In this document: positions 17,773-27,807 of the stretch, piece after piece
How positions within the stretch are numbered: the stretch's first letter is position 1
Layout of the letters: each line of letters starts with the position of its first letter
Program-made: the position numbers and the translations under genes
Source: Pseudobacteriovorax sp.
Lineage (GTDB): Bacteria; Bdellovibrionota_B; Oligoflexia; Oligoflexales; Oligoflexaceae
Direction: 5' to 3'
NCBI GenBank assembly: GCA_050293845.1
Contig: JBNKNM010000006.1
Span: 28,563-70,373 of the forward strand
DNA: 41,811 nucleotides
Notes under the pieces: generated by a model
What the model was told of the DNA's origin: nothing
Databases searched by the model: none
The model's input: the letters and a program-made list of their open reading frames with translations, nothing else

Positions 17773-17788
17773 TGGCTATGTCTTTGCA
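17773..17788 (+). promoter_or_regulatory. Putative sigma54 (-24/-12) promoter
   Basis: TGGCTATGTCTTTGCA has GG-N10-GC spacing and lies 46 bp upstream of ATG 17835. Confidence 0.45.
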
Positions 17789-17834
17789 ACCTGGCGTGTA
17801 GCATTGCTGTTTGCTGATATATGTGGAGTTCAAA

Positions 17835-18197
17835 ATGCTAAAATCAAATGCCTCTATGCAAGAAGGAGCCTTCCTCTCCCTCTACCAATTTCCCCGATTT
17901 CTCAATCCTACTTGGCGCGTGATATACCAGGAAGCCGTAAGGGGTAACCATCTTATTTTTAAAAATTTTCTAGCAGCTGATCGGATACAGAGACTGACCT
18001 TAGATCGGATCTCGTGGCATCAAAATCATTGTGATGAGGTCGAACAATGCTTTGCCGCTATGCTTTTATCCTCAGATATGAAGGAGATTATAAGATTAGC
18101 GAAGTCCATTTCTGCCAAAAACCAGACACTTCTTTATGACATCTATCAAAGAACTATTCAGAATTGGAGTTGGGATCTAAAAAATAGCTTGAATTAA
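17835..18197 (+). CDS. Hypothetical protein
   Basis: ATG at 17835 with GGAG RBS at 17825-17828; plausible helical 120-aa protein; no family recognised. Confidence 0.65.
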   Translation: MLKSNASMQEGAFLSLYQFPRFLNPTWRVIYQEAVRGNHLIFKNFLAADRIQRLTLDRISWHQNHCDEVEQCFAAMLLSSDMKEIIRLAKSISAKNQTLLYDIYQRTIQNWSWDLKNSLN

Positions 18198-18350
18198 GAA
18201 ACGACGAACGCAAGATCCCTTCATTTGGGACTTGAGAGTGATGGCTATCACCTGATAGTGAAGATGAGAGTAGCTGTACTTTCAGCGATTTGCAGGTGAT
18301 AGCCCTACTGCTCCGTGTTAGAATAGAACCTGACGACATGGAGAGTAATT

Positions 18351-20711
18351 ATGACTGAACTAAGCTCTGAGCTAGTCCCTTCAAAAGAGCCGAAACACCC
18401 CAAAAAAAATTTTAAACTTCCTAGCCCTCCTCAGGAAGATTTTTCCCGCGAAGTGATCTTTTGCATGATGGCATTCGTCAGCATCTATGCCTTTATATCC
18501 CTCATCAGTTACTCACCCTTGGACCCTTCGTGGTTAAGCGAAACGATTCCCCCGGGGAAAAATAATAACTGGGGAGGAAACATTGGCTCCTATGGTTCTG
18601 GCTTATTTGTCTTCCTGTTAGGCGTTTGCTCCTTACTACTCCCTCTGCCTTTACCATCAATGAGCTATGCATACCTAAGACGGAAACCATTTCCTTTTGC
18701 AAAGTCGCGCATCGCTGGTTGGCTCATGTTCATACTAAGTTTAACAGCCCTTATCACAAAATACTTTTCCTATATTACCATCGATAGCTTTCCTATCCCC
18801 ATAGGGGGATTACTGGGAAGTGTCATCCATGAAAACCTGTCTTGGTACCTAGGCTCCCATGGTGAACAAGTATTCTTATTTACCAGTATGTTTACTGGCT
18901 TAATTCTATTATCACGTAAAGCGTTGATCAAAGAGAGCCTGCTGTGGCTAAAACATACCACAACAAAACTTCTTCGCAGGAAGAACTTAAAAAAGAATCC
19001 CATTGTAGCAAGTTCCGATCATACTCACGCCACTGCTACTCCAACGGATAGCTTGCAACAAAGCCTTGCAGCAGAACAAAGCTTGACTGCTGATATTCCT
19101 ATTAAGGCGCAGGACCCTGTGGGAAATGCCGATGCAGTAGCGAGTACGCGAAAAATCCCTAAGGTTTTAGAAAAAATGAGAAGGCCCCAAAAGGTGAAGC
19201 CTCCCTCCTTACCTTTGGTATCACCAAGTACTCCAGAGGCTCAATACACACCACCTTCAGCAACCATTTTTAAAACTGCTGGCAATCAAGGCCAACTGAG
19301 TGAAGAGCAGCAGCGAGAATTTCAAGAAACTGCAGCGCAACTGGTTAAGGCCTTTGGTGAGTTTGGAATTCAGGGTAAGGTGATTGCCATCCAGCCGGGA
19401 CCAGTCGTAGCCGTTTATGAATTTCAAGCCCTTGCGGGCACAAAACTTTCAAAAGTTACGGGGTTAATTGAAGATATAGCCCTAGCACTGAGGGTAGATT
19501 CTATTTTTATAAATCCGGTGTCAGGGAAACGAGCCCTTGGCATCCAAGTCCCCAACAGAAAGCGAGAGACTGTTTTCCTCGGCGATATCGTATCTGCTGA
19601 TAACTTCAAGAAATCAACCTCACCACTTACCTTTGCCATGGGCAAAAATCTAAGTGGAGAACCCATATGTGAAGACTTAGCAAAGATGCCTCACCTGTTA
19701 GTTGCTGGACAAACAGGTTCAGGAAAGTCAGTAGCTATCAATTCGCTGCTCTGCAGCATCATCATGAAATCCAATCCTCAAGAAGTGAAAATGGTCCTGG
19801 TCGACCCTAAGATTCTGGAGTTGAAGATCTACGAGGGAATTCCTCATCTTATGATGCCTGTGATCACTGAAGCTCCCAAAGCCTCTTTAGCCTTGAAGTG
19901 GGCCTGTTATGAAATGGATCGCCGCTATAAGCTCATGGAACTTGCCAAGGTTCGTCATATTTCAGGTTTTAATAGCTTTTGGGATAGTGCTTCACGGCAA
20001 GATAAAGACCATATTAAAACCTTAGCCGAACAGGAAAATATTGGCAGACTCCCGTTTATAGTTATTGTGATTGACGAATTAGCTGATTTGATGCTCACCG
20101 CCCCCAAAGACGTGGAATCATCGATCCAACGTTTGGCACAAAAGGCGCGTGCCAGCGGCATCCACCTTGTATTGGCAACCCAACGACCTTCGGTAGATGT
20201 CATTACTGGGGTTATTAAAGCCAACCTGCCCTGCAGATTATCATTTAAAGTTTTTTCAAGGGGTGATAGTCGCACTATTTTAGATAGCATGGGTGCCGAA
20301 AGACTCCTTGGTAAAGGGGATATGCTCTTCCTTAAGCCTGGAACCAGTAGACTCCAACGGATTCAAGGTGCATTTTTAGAAGATCGGGAAGTATTGGAAA
20401 TGGTTGATTCGATTAAGCCTCAAGAAGAAGTCACTTTTGACGAGACAGCGATTTCTTGGATCGAAGAAGAATATGAACGTCAAAGCGGAACAGACAGTAA
20501 TGTCATCGATGATTCTGATGGAGAAGATCCTAAATGGGATGCAGCCATATCCATCGCCCAAAGACAGGGGGCCATCAGCGCCTCTTTCTTACAGAGATCC
20601 CTAAAAATAGGTTACAACCGCGCGGCACGGATCGTCGAGCACATGGAATCTCAAGGTTTGATAGGCGCAGCGGATGGATCTAAGCCCCGGAAGTGGCTGG
20701 GCCCTAACTGA
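18351..20711 (+). CDS. ftsK: DNA translocase FtsK
   Basis: N-terminal 4TM domain (SYSPLDPSW, NWGG), GPVV, MPHLLVAGQTGSGKSV, VIDELADLM, RLAQKARASGIHL..ATQRPS, GAERLLGKGDML, gamma domain SASFLQR.LKIGYNRAARIVE. Confidence 0.97.
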   Translation: MTELSSELVPSKEPKHPKKNFKLPSPPQEDFSREVIFCMMAFVSIYAFISLISYSPLDPSWLSETIPPGKNNNWGGNIGSYGSGLFVFLLGVCSLLLPLPLPSMSYAYLRRKPFPFAKSRIAGWLMFILSLTALITKYFSYITIDSFPIPIGGLLGSVIHENLSWYLGSHGEQVFLFTSMFTGLILLSRKALIKESLLWLKHTTTKLLRRKNLKKNPIVASSDHTHATATPTDSLQQSLAAEQSLTADIPIKAQDPVGNADAVASTRKIPKVLEKMRRPQKVKPPSLPLVSPSTPEAQYTPPSATIFKTAGNQGQLSEEQQREFQETAAQLVKAFGEFGIQGKVIAIQPGPVVAVYEFQALAGTKLSKVTGLIEDIALALRVDSIFINPVSGKRALGIQVPNRKRETVFLGDIVSADNFKKSTSPLTFAMGKNLSGEPICEDLAKMPHLLVAGQTGSGKSVAINSLLCSIIMKSNPQEVKMVLVDPKILELKIYEGIPHLMMPVITEAPKASLALKWACYEMDRRYKLMELAKVRHISGFNSFWDSASRQDKDHIKTLAEQENIGRLPFIVIVIDELADLMLTAPKDVESSIQRLAQKARASGIHLVLATQRPSVDVITGVIKANLPCRLSFKVFSRGDSRTILDSMGAERLLGKGDMLFLKPGTSRLQRIQGAFLEDREVLEMVDSIKPQEEVTFDETAISWIEEEYERQSGTDSNVIDDSDGEDPKWDAAISIAQRQGAISASFLQRSLKIGYNRAARIVEHMESQGLIGAADGSKPRKWLGPN

Positions 20712-21769
20712 GAGAACAAAGCCGTCAGTTCTTGACCCATCGATTGCCATGAGAACAAGGATTTGCCGAGAGCGGCGCGACGCTGTCTGGTAGCAGTATC
20801 TTCCTGGTGAGCTGCCACCAAGAAATTCTGTAATGAAGCGGCTATTTCGCGACCATTCTGACCGCGATAGGAGTAGCCCACTGTGGGTTCAATTAGGCAT
20901 TCCTCAAGGGACCCAGCTCCAGAAACAAAAATTGGTACCCCACACATCACAAACTCCTCCGCCACCCGACAGATAACTTCCGAGCCCAAGCTCGACACAA
21001 CACCAATGGTGCTTGTCGCCATGGCTTCGCGGATATCAGGGAGGCGATGGGGGATTAGCTCCCAATCGGTTCCGGTAATCAAGCCCACATCTTCAGCAAA
21101 GCCGAAGAGCTGATCCACTGAAATATTTGCCGGTTCCCCGATTACACGCAACAAGGGACGCGGCAAGTGGGAGGCCCAAGCTTTTAGTAGCAGTGAAAAA
21201 TATAGGAAGAAGGTGGCATGACCTTTAACGGGGTCCAAGCGCCCCACAATAGTTAGCACCGGCCTTTCTCCCCTAGACTCGCCATTGAAAAAAAACTTTT
21301 TGGTATCGCAACCTAAGGGCACAGCAGTGGTATTAGCATGGAAAGGAAGGAATTTCTCCCGCAAAGAAACCGCAGGGGTGATCACACCAGTTACATGGCT
21401 ATGACCGAGAAAAAATCGCCATTTATTTACAGGTTTTACCAAATCAGCATCCTGACCCTTAAAACGATAAATGGGTAGATCGTGCGCAAGGCGGCAAAGG
21501 CTGGTCTCCGGCCCCCCATAGACTATGATAATATCGGGTTTGATAGCTTTCTTTAGAGCCCTGAATCGCTTCACTCCCCCAAGCCCAAAGTTCTTGAAGG
21601 GAAAACAACTCAGACCTAGGCTCATAGCACGCTCTACGGCTGGCTTCCCTTCTAGACCTGAATAAATATTCTCCCACCCCGATAGCGTCAAAGCTTTGGC
21701 GCTACTCAGTGAATACTCTGTAATGGCTGAGTTCCAACGATTCGAATTAATGTGCCACACACGTTTCAT
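20651..21769 (-). CDS. GT4 family glycosyltransferase (LPS-related)
   Basis: IVGRLDPVKGH and SSLGSEVICRVAEE..MCGVP GT-B motifs; ATGA overlap with the upstream GT2. Confidence 0.85.
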   Translation of the reverse strand: MKRVWHINSNRWNSAITEYSLSSAKALTLSGWENIYSGLEGKPAVERAMSLGLSCFPFKNFGLGGVKRFRALKKAIKPDIIIVYGGPETSLCRLAHDLPIYRFKGQDADLVKPVNKWRFFLGHSHVTGVITPAVSLREKFLPFHANTTAVPLGCDTKKFFFNGESRGERPVLTIVGRLDPVKGHATFFLYFSLLLKAWASHLPRPLLRVIGEPANISVDQLFGFAEDVGLITGTDWELIPHRLPDIREAMATSTIGVVSSLGSEVICRVAEEFVMCGVPIFVSGAGSLEECLIEPTVGYSYRGQNGREIAASLQNFLVAAHQEDTATRQRRAALGKSLFSWQSMGQELTALFSQLGPSHFRGLDPSAAPIKP

Positions 21770-22518
21770 AGGTGGTTTCTCTTTTCGATAAGCTTAGCAT
21801 ACTTGATATAGGTATAAAGGCTGCTGATCAATGCATAGGTATAGCCTGGATAACCGTCCAAAAACCCTAATCGTAAAACATAGCGATTAAAAAACTCAAC
21901 CCAAGGACGTAGGAGATGACTGAACAGAAAAACTGACTTTTGCTTGTTCAAATGGTTCGTTGCAATAGCTGAGGTATAGTAATTAAACCGTTCAAAATAA
22001 TCTTCGAGGTTTTTGTAGGAATAGTGCAGAAGGGTAGGGCCTTTGAGTAAACGGGGTTTGCTTCTCGGCACTTGGACAACTTCATGAATCGAGCCTTCAT
22101 ATCTCGCCTCAGCTCTTCGGTACAGCCGCAAAGGCTTGTCTTTAGTCTTACCAAACCTCAAGGTTTTCGTCATAAAACTTAAGCGCCGCGATATGTAAAA
22201 AGCTTGGTGCCCCGACTTTTGAGCCTGCTCCAGAATTTTGTCATCCCAACCCAGAAGCTGCTCATCGGCGTCTATAGATAGAACCCAACTACAATTGGCT
22301 TTACTGAGGGCAAAGTTCTTTTGATCGGCATGGCTGGTAAAATGGCGTTGATAGGTGATGCAATGCCAGCGTTTAGCTATATCCAAGGTACTATCGGTCG
22401 AAAAGGAATCAACCACGATAATTTCACTGTTTTGGGGTAAGCTCCGCAAACACCGCTCTAAATTATCTTGCTCATTTTTGGTGATAATGATCACAGAAAG
22501 ATCATAGGGCACATCCAA
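21766..22518 (-). CDS. GT2 LPS core glycosyltransferase (WaaE/KdtX/LgtF-like)
   Basis: LSVIIITKNE, VVDSFSTD, QKNFAL, WVLSIDADE, IHE, LHYSY, YVLRLGFLDG. Confidence 0.9.
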   Translation of the reverse strand: MDVPYDLSVIIITKNEQDNLERCLRSLPQNSEIIVVDSFSTDSTLDIAKRWHCITYQRHFTSHADQKNFALSKANCSWVLSIDADEQLLGWDDKILEQAQKSGHQAFYISRRLSFMTKTLRFGKTKDKPLRLYRRAEARYEGSIHEVVQVPRSKPRLLKGPTLLHYSYKNLEDYFERFNYYTSAIATNHLNKQKSVFLFSHLLRPWVEFFNRYVLRLGFLDGYPGYTYALISSLYTYIKYAKLIEKRNHL

Positions 22519-22537
22519 GTCTACACCTTTTCCTTAT

Positions 22538-22927
22538 CTAAAACGGCGCAGTTGTAGCCGTCCAATAATCCTGATTGCCTTGATCGCGTATTAGCACGGG
22601 GTATCCCGCCATGGAACCCATATCCTTCCGATAGGTACTTAGTACAACCACGCTTGAGTATCTACTTCTTTTCACGATGCGACCAATAGCCACAATGTAG
22701 TTATACTTGTTTTTTATTTCAACAAAATCGCCAACTCTCCCTGTCGCAGGCTTTATTGTACAATATACTTTTCTTTGTTTCTGATTTTTGACTTTTAGGC
22801 TCTGCTTTACTTTCTTGCAGACCTGCACCTGAGAGGCAAAACTGACATAAGAAAGAAGGGTCATAGATCCAGCACACGCTAATAACACAAATACAACAAG
22901 TCGCATCCATTTTTTAAAAGACATCAT
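22538..22927 (-). CDS. Hypothetical exported basic protein
   Basis: Signal-peptide-like N-terminus, GGAG RBS, Lys/Arg-rich beta-type domain. Confidence 0.65.
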   Translation of the reverse strand: MMSFKKWMRLVVFVLLACAGSMTLLSYVSFASQVQVCKKVKQSLKVKNQKQRKVYCTIKPATGRVGDFVEIKNKYNYIVAIGRIVKRSRYSSVVVLSTYRKDMGSMAGYPVLIRDQGNQDYWTATTAPF

Positions 22928-23191
22928 GAGGAACTCCGCAACAACTGGTAATCAACAACAACAGGATTCAGTATAAAAGGGGAAAACCTTTCAGGAGGGG
23001 GTCTGCAATCCCTATACCGATAATTATCTTATAAATTATAGCATGTTATGACATAAAGACTAGGGAGGAAGGGCGACTATTGTCAAAAAACTGAACACCT
23101 TGCCGAGGCTTTAGCTCCAGTTCATCATTGTCTTTTTTTCCTGTTCGGGGCAGAGTTGGGCCATGGTAACCGGCTATGGAAAGGCGTTAAG

Positions 23192-24298
23192 ATGACCAGC
23201 CAAATACTCCGAAGAACTCCCATCTATAATCTTCACCTTGAACTGAGCGCTCGCATGGTCCCCTTTGGGGAATGGGAGATGCCTATTCAGTATCAGAGCG
23301 TCATCAAGGAGCATCATGCTGTGCGCTCCCACAGTGGAATTTTTGATGTTAGCCATATGGGTGAGATATTTATTTCTGGACCCGATGCCCAGCGCTTTTT
23401 GCAGTATATTACCATCAACGATATCAATCGTCTCGAACCCGGCAAGGGGCAATATACAGCAATGCTAAACGCATCCGGAGGCATGGTGGATGATCTTATT
23501 ATTTACCAGATTGCACCCGCAAAATATCTGCTATGTGTGAATGCAGCCAACGATACAAAAGATTTCCAGTGGGTGAGTCGTCAAGCCAATGGTTTTGATA
23601 TCAAAATTGATCATCAATCCGAGCAGTGGGGGCAGATAGCTGTCCAAGGACCCCAATCTAGTGAAGTGATCACAGCCCTATTTTCAGGAAGTACTCTAAA
23701 CCAAGTAACATCATTAAACTACATGGAAATTATAGCCATCAACTTGTTTAACCATGACGCATTCATCGCCCGTACAGGTTATACAGGAGAAAAGGGTTAT
23801 GAACTTTATGTTCCCACAGAAATCGCTGAAAAAACTTTCAAAGCCTTAAGCCAAGCATCCACTCCCATAGGGCTTGGGGCGCGCGACACTTTGCGCCTAG
23901 AAGCTTGCTACCTTCTCTATGGAAACGACATGGATGATGGCGTGTCACCCATCGAAGCCGGCATTGGCTGGGCTACTCGTATGGATTGTGGAGAGTTCAT
24001 TGGTAAAGATCACGTCATCAAGCACAAGGAACCAAACACCAAGCGGCGGCAAATGATTGCTTTTACCTTAAAGGATAAAGGGGTAGCCCGTGCCGGAATG
24101 GATATTTATCAAGGAAATCGTAAAATTGGGACCGTTACCAGTGGTGGCCATCTACCAAGCTTAGGAATTTCTGGTGGTATGGCCCTCATCGAGAAAGGTT
24201 CTGCCACTCTAGGTGATGATATTTTTATCGATATTCGGGGTAAAAGAAAGCTTGCTCAGGTAGCAAAGAAACCCCTATATTCAGCTAAGCTTAAATAG
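23192..24298 (+). CDS. gcvT: Glycine cleavage system aminomethyltransferase T
   Basis: LRRTPIY, MVPFGEWEMPIQY, FDVSHMGE, AVQGP, RTGYTGEKGYE, GLGARDTLRLEA. Start moved to ATG 23192. Confidence 0.97.
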   Translation: MTSQILRRTPIYNLHLELSARMVPFGEWEMPIQYQSVIKEHHAVRSHSGIFDVSHMGEIFISGPDAQRFLQYITINDINRLEPGKGQYTAMLNASGGMVDDLIIYQIAPAKYLLCVNAANDTKDFQWVSRQANGFDIKIDHQSEQWGQIAVQGPQSSEVITALFSGSTLNQVTSLNYMEIIAINLFNHDAFIARTGYTGEKGYELYVPTEIAEKTFKALSQASTPIGLGARDTLRLEACYLLYGNDMDDGVSPIEAGIGWATRMDCGEFIGKDHVIKHKEPNTKRRQMIAFTLKDKGVARAGMDIYQGNRKIGTVTSGGHLPSLGISGGMALIEKGSATLGDDIFIDIRGKRKLAQVAKKPLYSAKLK

Positions 24299-24352
24299 TA
24301 TCTCTAGTAACTATATTTTTTCTCACCTCTCATTTTATGGAAGGATATCTAT

Positions 24353-24733
24353 ATGGCATACCCTAAGGATTTAAAATATACCAAGGATCACGAGTGGATG
24401 AAAGTTACCGGGGAAACTGCCCTGATCGGTATTACCGATTATGCCTTAGAGCAATTGGGTGACGTCGTTCATATCGAACTCCCTGAGGTTGGTGATGAGT
24501 TTAGCTCTGGCTCCACCTTCGGTACCATTGAATCAACAAAAACTGTTTCTGATCTTTACATGCCAGCCACCGGGGAAGTGGTTGAGGTCAATTCCGACAT
24601 TGAAGATGCCTTAGAAACCCTAGCAGACAGTCCCTACGATAAGGGGTGGTTGATTAAAATCAAGTTTAATAAGCTTGATGAAGATCTTCTAACAGCTGAA
24701 GAGTACGAAAAATTTACCGCAGAAGATGAGTAG
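24353..24733 (+). CDS. gcvH: Glycine cleavage system H protein
   Basis: YTKDHEW, GITDYA..QLGD, lipoyl motif IESTKTVSD, PYDKGW. Confidence 0.97.
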   Translation: MAYPKDLKYTKDHEWMKVTGETALIGITDYALEQLGDVVHIELPEVGDEFSSGSTFGTIESTKTVSDLYMPATGEVVEVNSDIEDALETLADSPYDKGWLIKIKFNKLDEDLLTAEEYEKFTAEDE

Positions 24734-24754
24734 GTGGGATCGTCCCACCCTTTC
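24733..24754 (+). terminator. Hairpin after gcvH (partial terminator or mRNA stabiliser)
   Basis: GGTGGGA-TCG-TCCCACC followed by CTTT. Confidence 0.45.
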
Positions 24755-24871
24755 CCTATCTAGTTTTTTACGTTACTGATACTTCCTACTCCCTGATTGC
24801 CTTTTAGCATCTTTTTGTATAGATTAGCTGCCTATTCTCTCTAGATATCTCAACCTATAAGGTGGCGGTCT

Positions 24872-27745
24872 ATGGCAAATCTCTGGCAATCGGCAAATAC
24901 TAAGAACCCCTTTTCAAATCGGCACATTGGGCCTAATCTATTGCAGCAAAAAGCGATGCTAGAAGAGCTAGGCTACGGCTCGATCAACAAACTAGTCGAT
25001 ACAGCGGTCCCCGAGCAAATTCAAAACAAATCGGCAATGGATCTTCCAGAAGCCACTGGGGAAACAGAAGCTCTCCAAGAACTTAAAAGCATGATGGGAC
25101 GCAATAAAGTACTAAGATCGCTCATCGGAATGGGCTACTACGACACAGAGACTCCTCCGGTCATTAGCCGTAATATACTAGAAAATCCAGCTTGGTATAC
25201 ACAGTACACGCCTTATCAAGCAGAAATTGCTCAAGGACGCCTGGAAGCATTGTTAAATTTCCAGACAATGATCTGTGAACTGACAGAGCTGGACTTAGCA
25301 AATGCTTCCTTACTGGATGAGGGAACTGCTGCCGCCGAGGCAATGAACCTTGCCTTCAATCAAGCAAAGAAAACCCAATCCAACAAGTTTTTCGTCTCGC
25401 AAAACTGCCACCCTCAAACTATTGGGGTTGTTACAACGAGAGCTCGCGCCTTAGGCATAGAAGTGATTGTCGATGATGAGGCGAAGTTTGACTTCAGTCA
25501 GAATCCGTTTGGGCTATTATTACAGTATCCTGGCACGAATGGACAAGTGATAGATTATTCTGTACTCATTCACGCGGCTAAGGCAGCAGGAGCTATCGTT
25601 ACCGTGGCCACTGACCTGTTGGCGTTAACTATACTGAAGTCACCCAAAGAAATAGGCGCAGATATAGCTGTGGGTAGCTCCCAAAGATTTGGTGTACCTC
25701 TCGGTTATGGTGGCCCCCATGCTGGCTTTTTTGCCACTAGCTCTCGATATATGAGAAAGATTCCGGGACGGATTGTTGGGGTTTCAAAAGACTCAAAAGG
25801 CCGCCAAGCATATCGGCTATCATTACAAACCAGAGAACAACATATTCGCCGCGATAAGGCGACTAGTAATATTTGTACGGCACAGGTTCTGCTAGCCATC
25901 ATGTCTTCAATGTATGCTGTTTACCACGGTCCTCAGGGTTTAATGGTCATTGCCGAGCGAACCCATGCTTGCGCTTCCTTATTCGCCTTAGCTATGGAGG
26001 AGCTTGGTATATCTCTTGAATCAAAGATTTTTTTCGATACTGTTACCGTAGTAGTCCCTCCCCAGCAAGCTGATGAGATTATGGAAAATGCTCTGCGTGC
26101 GGGATTTAATCTGAGGCGTTTGGCTAAGGGAAAAATTAGCGTCGCTTTTGATGAAAAATCCAGTCGTCCGGAAGTGGAAGTTGTGTGCCGCTTCTTCGGA
26201 AAATTGGAGCGTTCCCTCGAGGAGATTAGTCGTGGCAAGCAAGCCATCCTAACGGATGATTGGCGTCGCAGCTCACCTTGTTTAAAGCATGAAATTTTTT
26301 CACGCTATCATTCGGAAACAGAAATGATGCGCTACATCCGTAAGCTAGAGTCACGGGATTTGTCTTTGACGCGATCGATGATCCCTTTAGGCTCTTGCAC
26401 CATGAAGCTCAATGCTGCGGCCGAATTAGTACCGATTACCTGGCCTGAAATCAACAACATTCACCCCTTTGTACCAATGTCACAGGTTGCGGGGTATCAC
26501 ACCTTATTTCAGCAGCTAGAATCTTGGCTATCTGAAATCACCGGCTTTGATGCCATATCCCTACAACCAAACTCGGGAGCACAGGGTGAATTTGCAGGGC
26601 TTATGGTTATAAGTAAATACCTGGCATCAAAGGGACAAGGACATCGCAATATTTGTCTTATCCCCGCATCGGCCCATGGAACCAATCCTGCTTCTGCGGT
26701 TTTAGCTGGTATGCAGGTTGTTGTGACTAAATGCGATGCTGAAGGCAATATTGATATTGCCGATATGCGTTCCAAGGCTGAAAAATATCAAGAGAATCTT
26801 GCTGCCCTGATGATAACGTATCCCTCTACTCATGGTGTTTTCGAAGACGGTATCATGGAGATCTGCGATATCATTCATAAGAATGGGGGGCAAGTTTATA
26901 TGGATGGTGCCAACCTTAACGCCCAACTCGGCTTATGCAAGCCGGGACTGATAGGGCCGGACGTTTGTCATATGAATCTGCATAAGACATTTTGTATACC
27001 CCATGGTGGAGGCGGTCCTGGAGTAGGTCCCATTGGTGTAAAGTCACACCTTGCTGATTTTCTACCGGATCATCCCGTGGTGGACATGCAGATTAAAGAA
27101 GGGGTAGGACCGATCTCGGCAGCACCCTGGGGGAGCCCCAGCATCCTTCCCATATCCTGGATGTATATTCGTATGATGGGGGAAAAAGGATTACGATTAG
27201 CCACAGAAAATGCCATTCTTAATGCAAACTATATAGCCAAAAAGCTCTCAGGAGTTTATCCTGTGGTCTATCGTGGTAAGGCAGGACTAGTAGCTCATGA
27301 ATGTATCATCGATCTGAAAGATGTGAAAAAATCCGCAAATGTCACAGAAGAAGATGTCGCTAAACGGCTGATTGATTACGGATATCATGCCCCTACCGTA
27401 TCCTGGCCTGTGCCTCATTCTATGATGATCGAACCTACCGAGTCAGAATCAAAAGCAGAGCTTGACAGATTCTGCAGAGCTATGATCAGTATTCGCCAAG
27501 AAATCAAAGATATTGAAGACGGAGTCGTGGACCGAAAAGATAATCTTCTTAAAAATGCTCCCCATACGGCCAGCGATATCTGCAATGAGCATTGGGAGCA
27601 TAGCTATTCCCGTGAGCAAGCTGGATATCCAATGGATTGGGTTGGGGATAACAAGTTCTGGCCCCATGTGTCTCGCATTGATAATGCCTTTGGAGACCGA
27701 AACGTCGTCTGTTCCTGCCCCCCATTGGAAAATTATCAAAGTTAA
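24872..27745 (+). CDS. gcvP: Glycine dehydrogenase (decarboxylating), single-chain P protein
   Basis: [54 protein letters not shown] lysine motif HMNLHKTF, C-terminal CSCPP. Confidence 0.98.
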   Translation: MANLWQSANTKNPFSNRHIGPNLLQQKAMLEELGYGSINKLVDTAVPEQIQNKSAMDLPEATGETEALQELKSMMGRNKVLRSLIGMGYYDTETPPVISRNILENPAWYTQYTPYQAEIAQGRLEALLNFQTMICELTELDLANASLLDEGTAAAEAMNLAFNQAKKTQSNKFFVSQNCHPQTIGVVTTRARALGIEVIVDDEAKFDFSQNPFGLLLQYPGTNGQVIDYSVLIHAAKAAGAIVTVATDLLALTILKSPKEIGADIAVGSSQRFGVPLGYGGPHAGFFATSSRYMRKIPGRIVGVSKDSKGRQAYRLSLQTREQHIRRDKATSNICTAQVLLAIMSSMYAVYHGPQGLMVIAERTHACASLFALAMEELGISLESKIFFDTVTVVVPPQQADEIMENALRAGFNLRRLAKGKISVAFDEKSSRPEVEVVCRFFGKLERSLEEISRGKQAILTDDWRRSSPCLKHEIFSRYHSETEMMRYIRKLESRDLSLTRSMIPLGSCTMKLNAAAELVPITWPEINNIHPFVPMSQVAGYHTLFQQLESWLSEITGFDAISLQPNSGAQGEFAGLMVISKYLASKGQGHRNICLIPASAHGTNPASAVLAGMQVVVTKCDAEGNIDIADMRSKAEKYQENLAALMITYPSTHGVFEDGIMEICDIIHKNGGQVYMDGANLNAQLGLCKPGLIGPDVCHMNLHKTFCIPHGGGGPGVGPIGVKSHLADFLPDHPVVDMQIKEGVGPISAAPWGSPSILPISWMYIRMMGEKGLRLATENAILNANYIAKKLSGVYPVVYRGKAGLVAHECIIDLKDVKKSANVTEEDVAKRLIDYGYHAPTVSWPVPHSMMIEPTESESKAELDRFCRAMISIRQEIKDIEDGVVDRKDNLLKNAPHTASDICNEHWEHSYSREQAGYPMDWVGDNKFWPHVSRIDNAFGDRNVVCSCPPLENYQS

Positions 27746-27753
27746 AAAATAAT

Positions 27754-27780
27754 GCCCGGTCCCTGACCGGGTTTTTTCTT
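27754..27780 (+). terminator. Intrinsic terminator of gcvTHP
   Basis: CCCGGTC-CCT-GACCGGG followed by TTTTTT, 9 bp after the gcvP stop. Confidence 0.8.
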
Positions 27781-27807
27781 AAAAAAGAATCATACCTATA
27801 GCTACTA

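Noticed and set aside
22976..22995. Glycine riboswitch upstream of gcvT (AAAACCTTTCAGG)
   Set aside because: Only the 3' motif is present. The GGAGAG and CCGAAGG elements and the P1 helix could not be found, so this is at most a remnant; a cmscan with the glycine riboswitch model would settle it.
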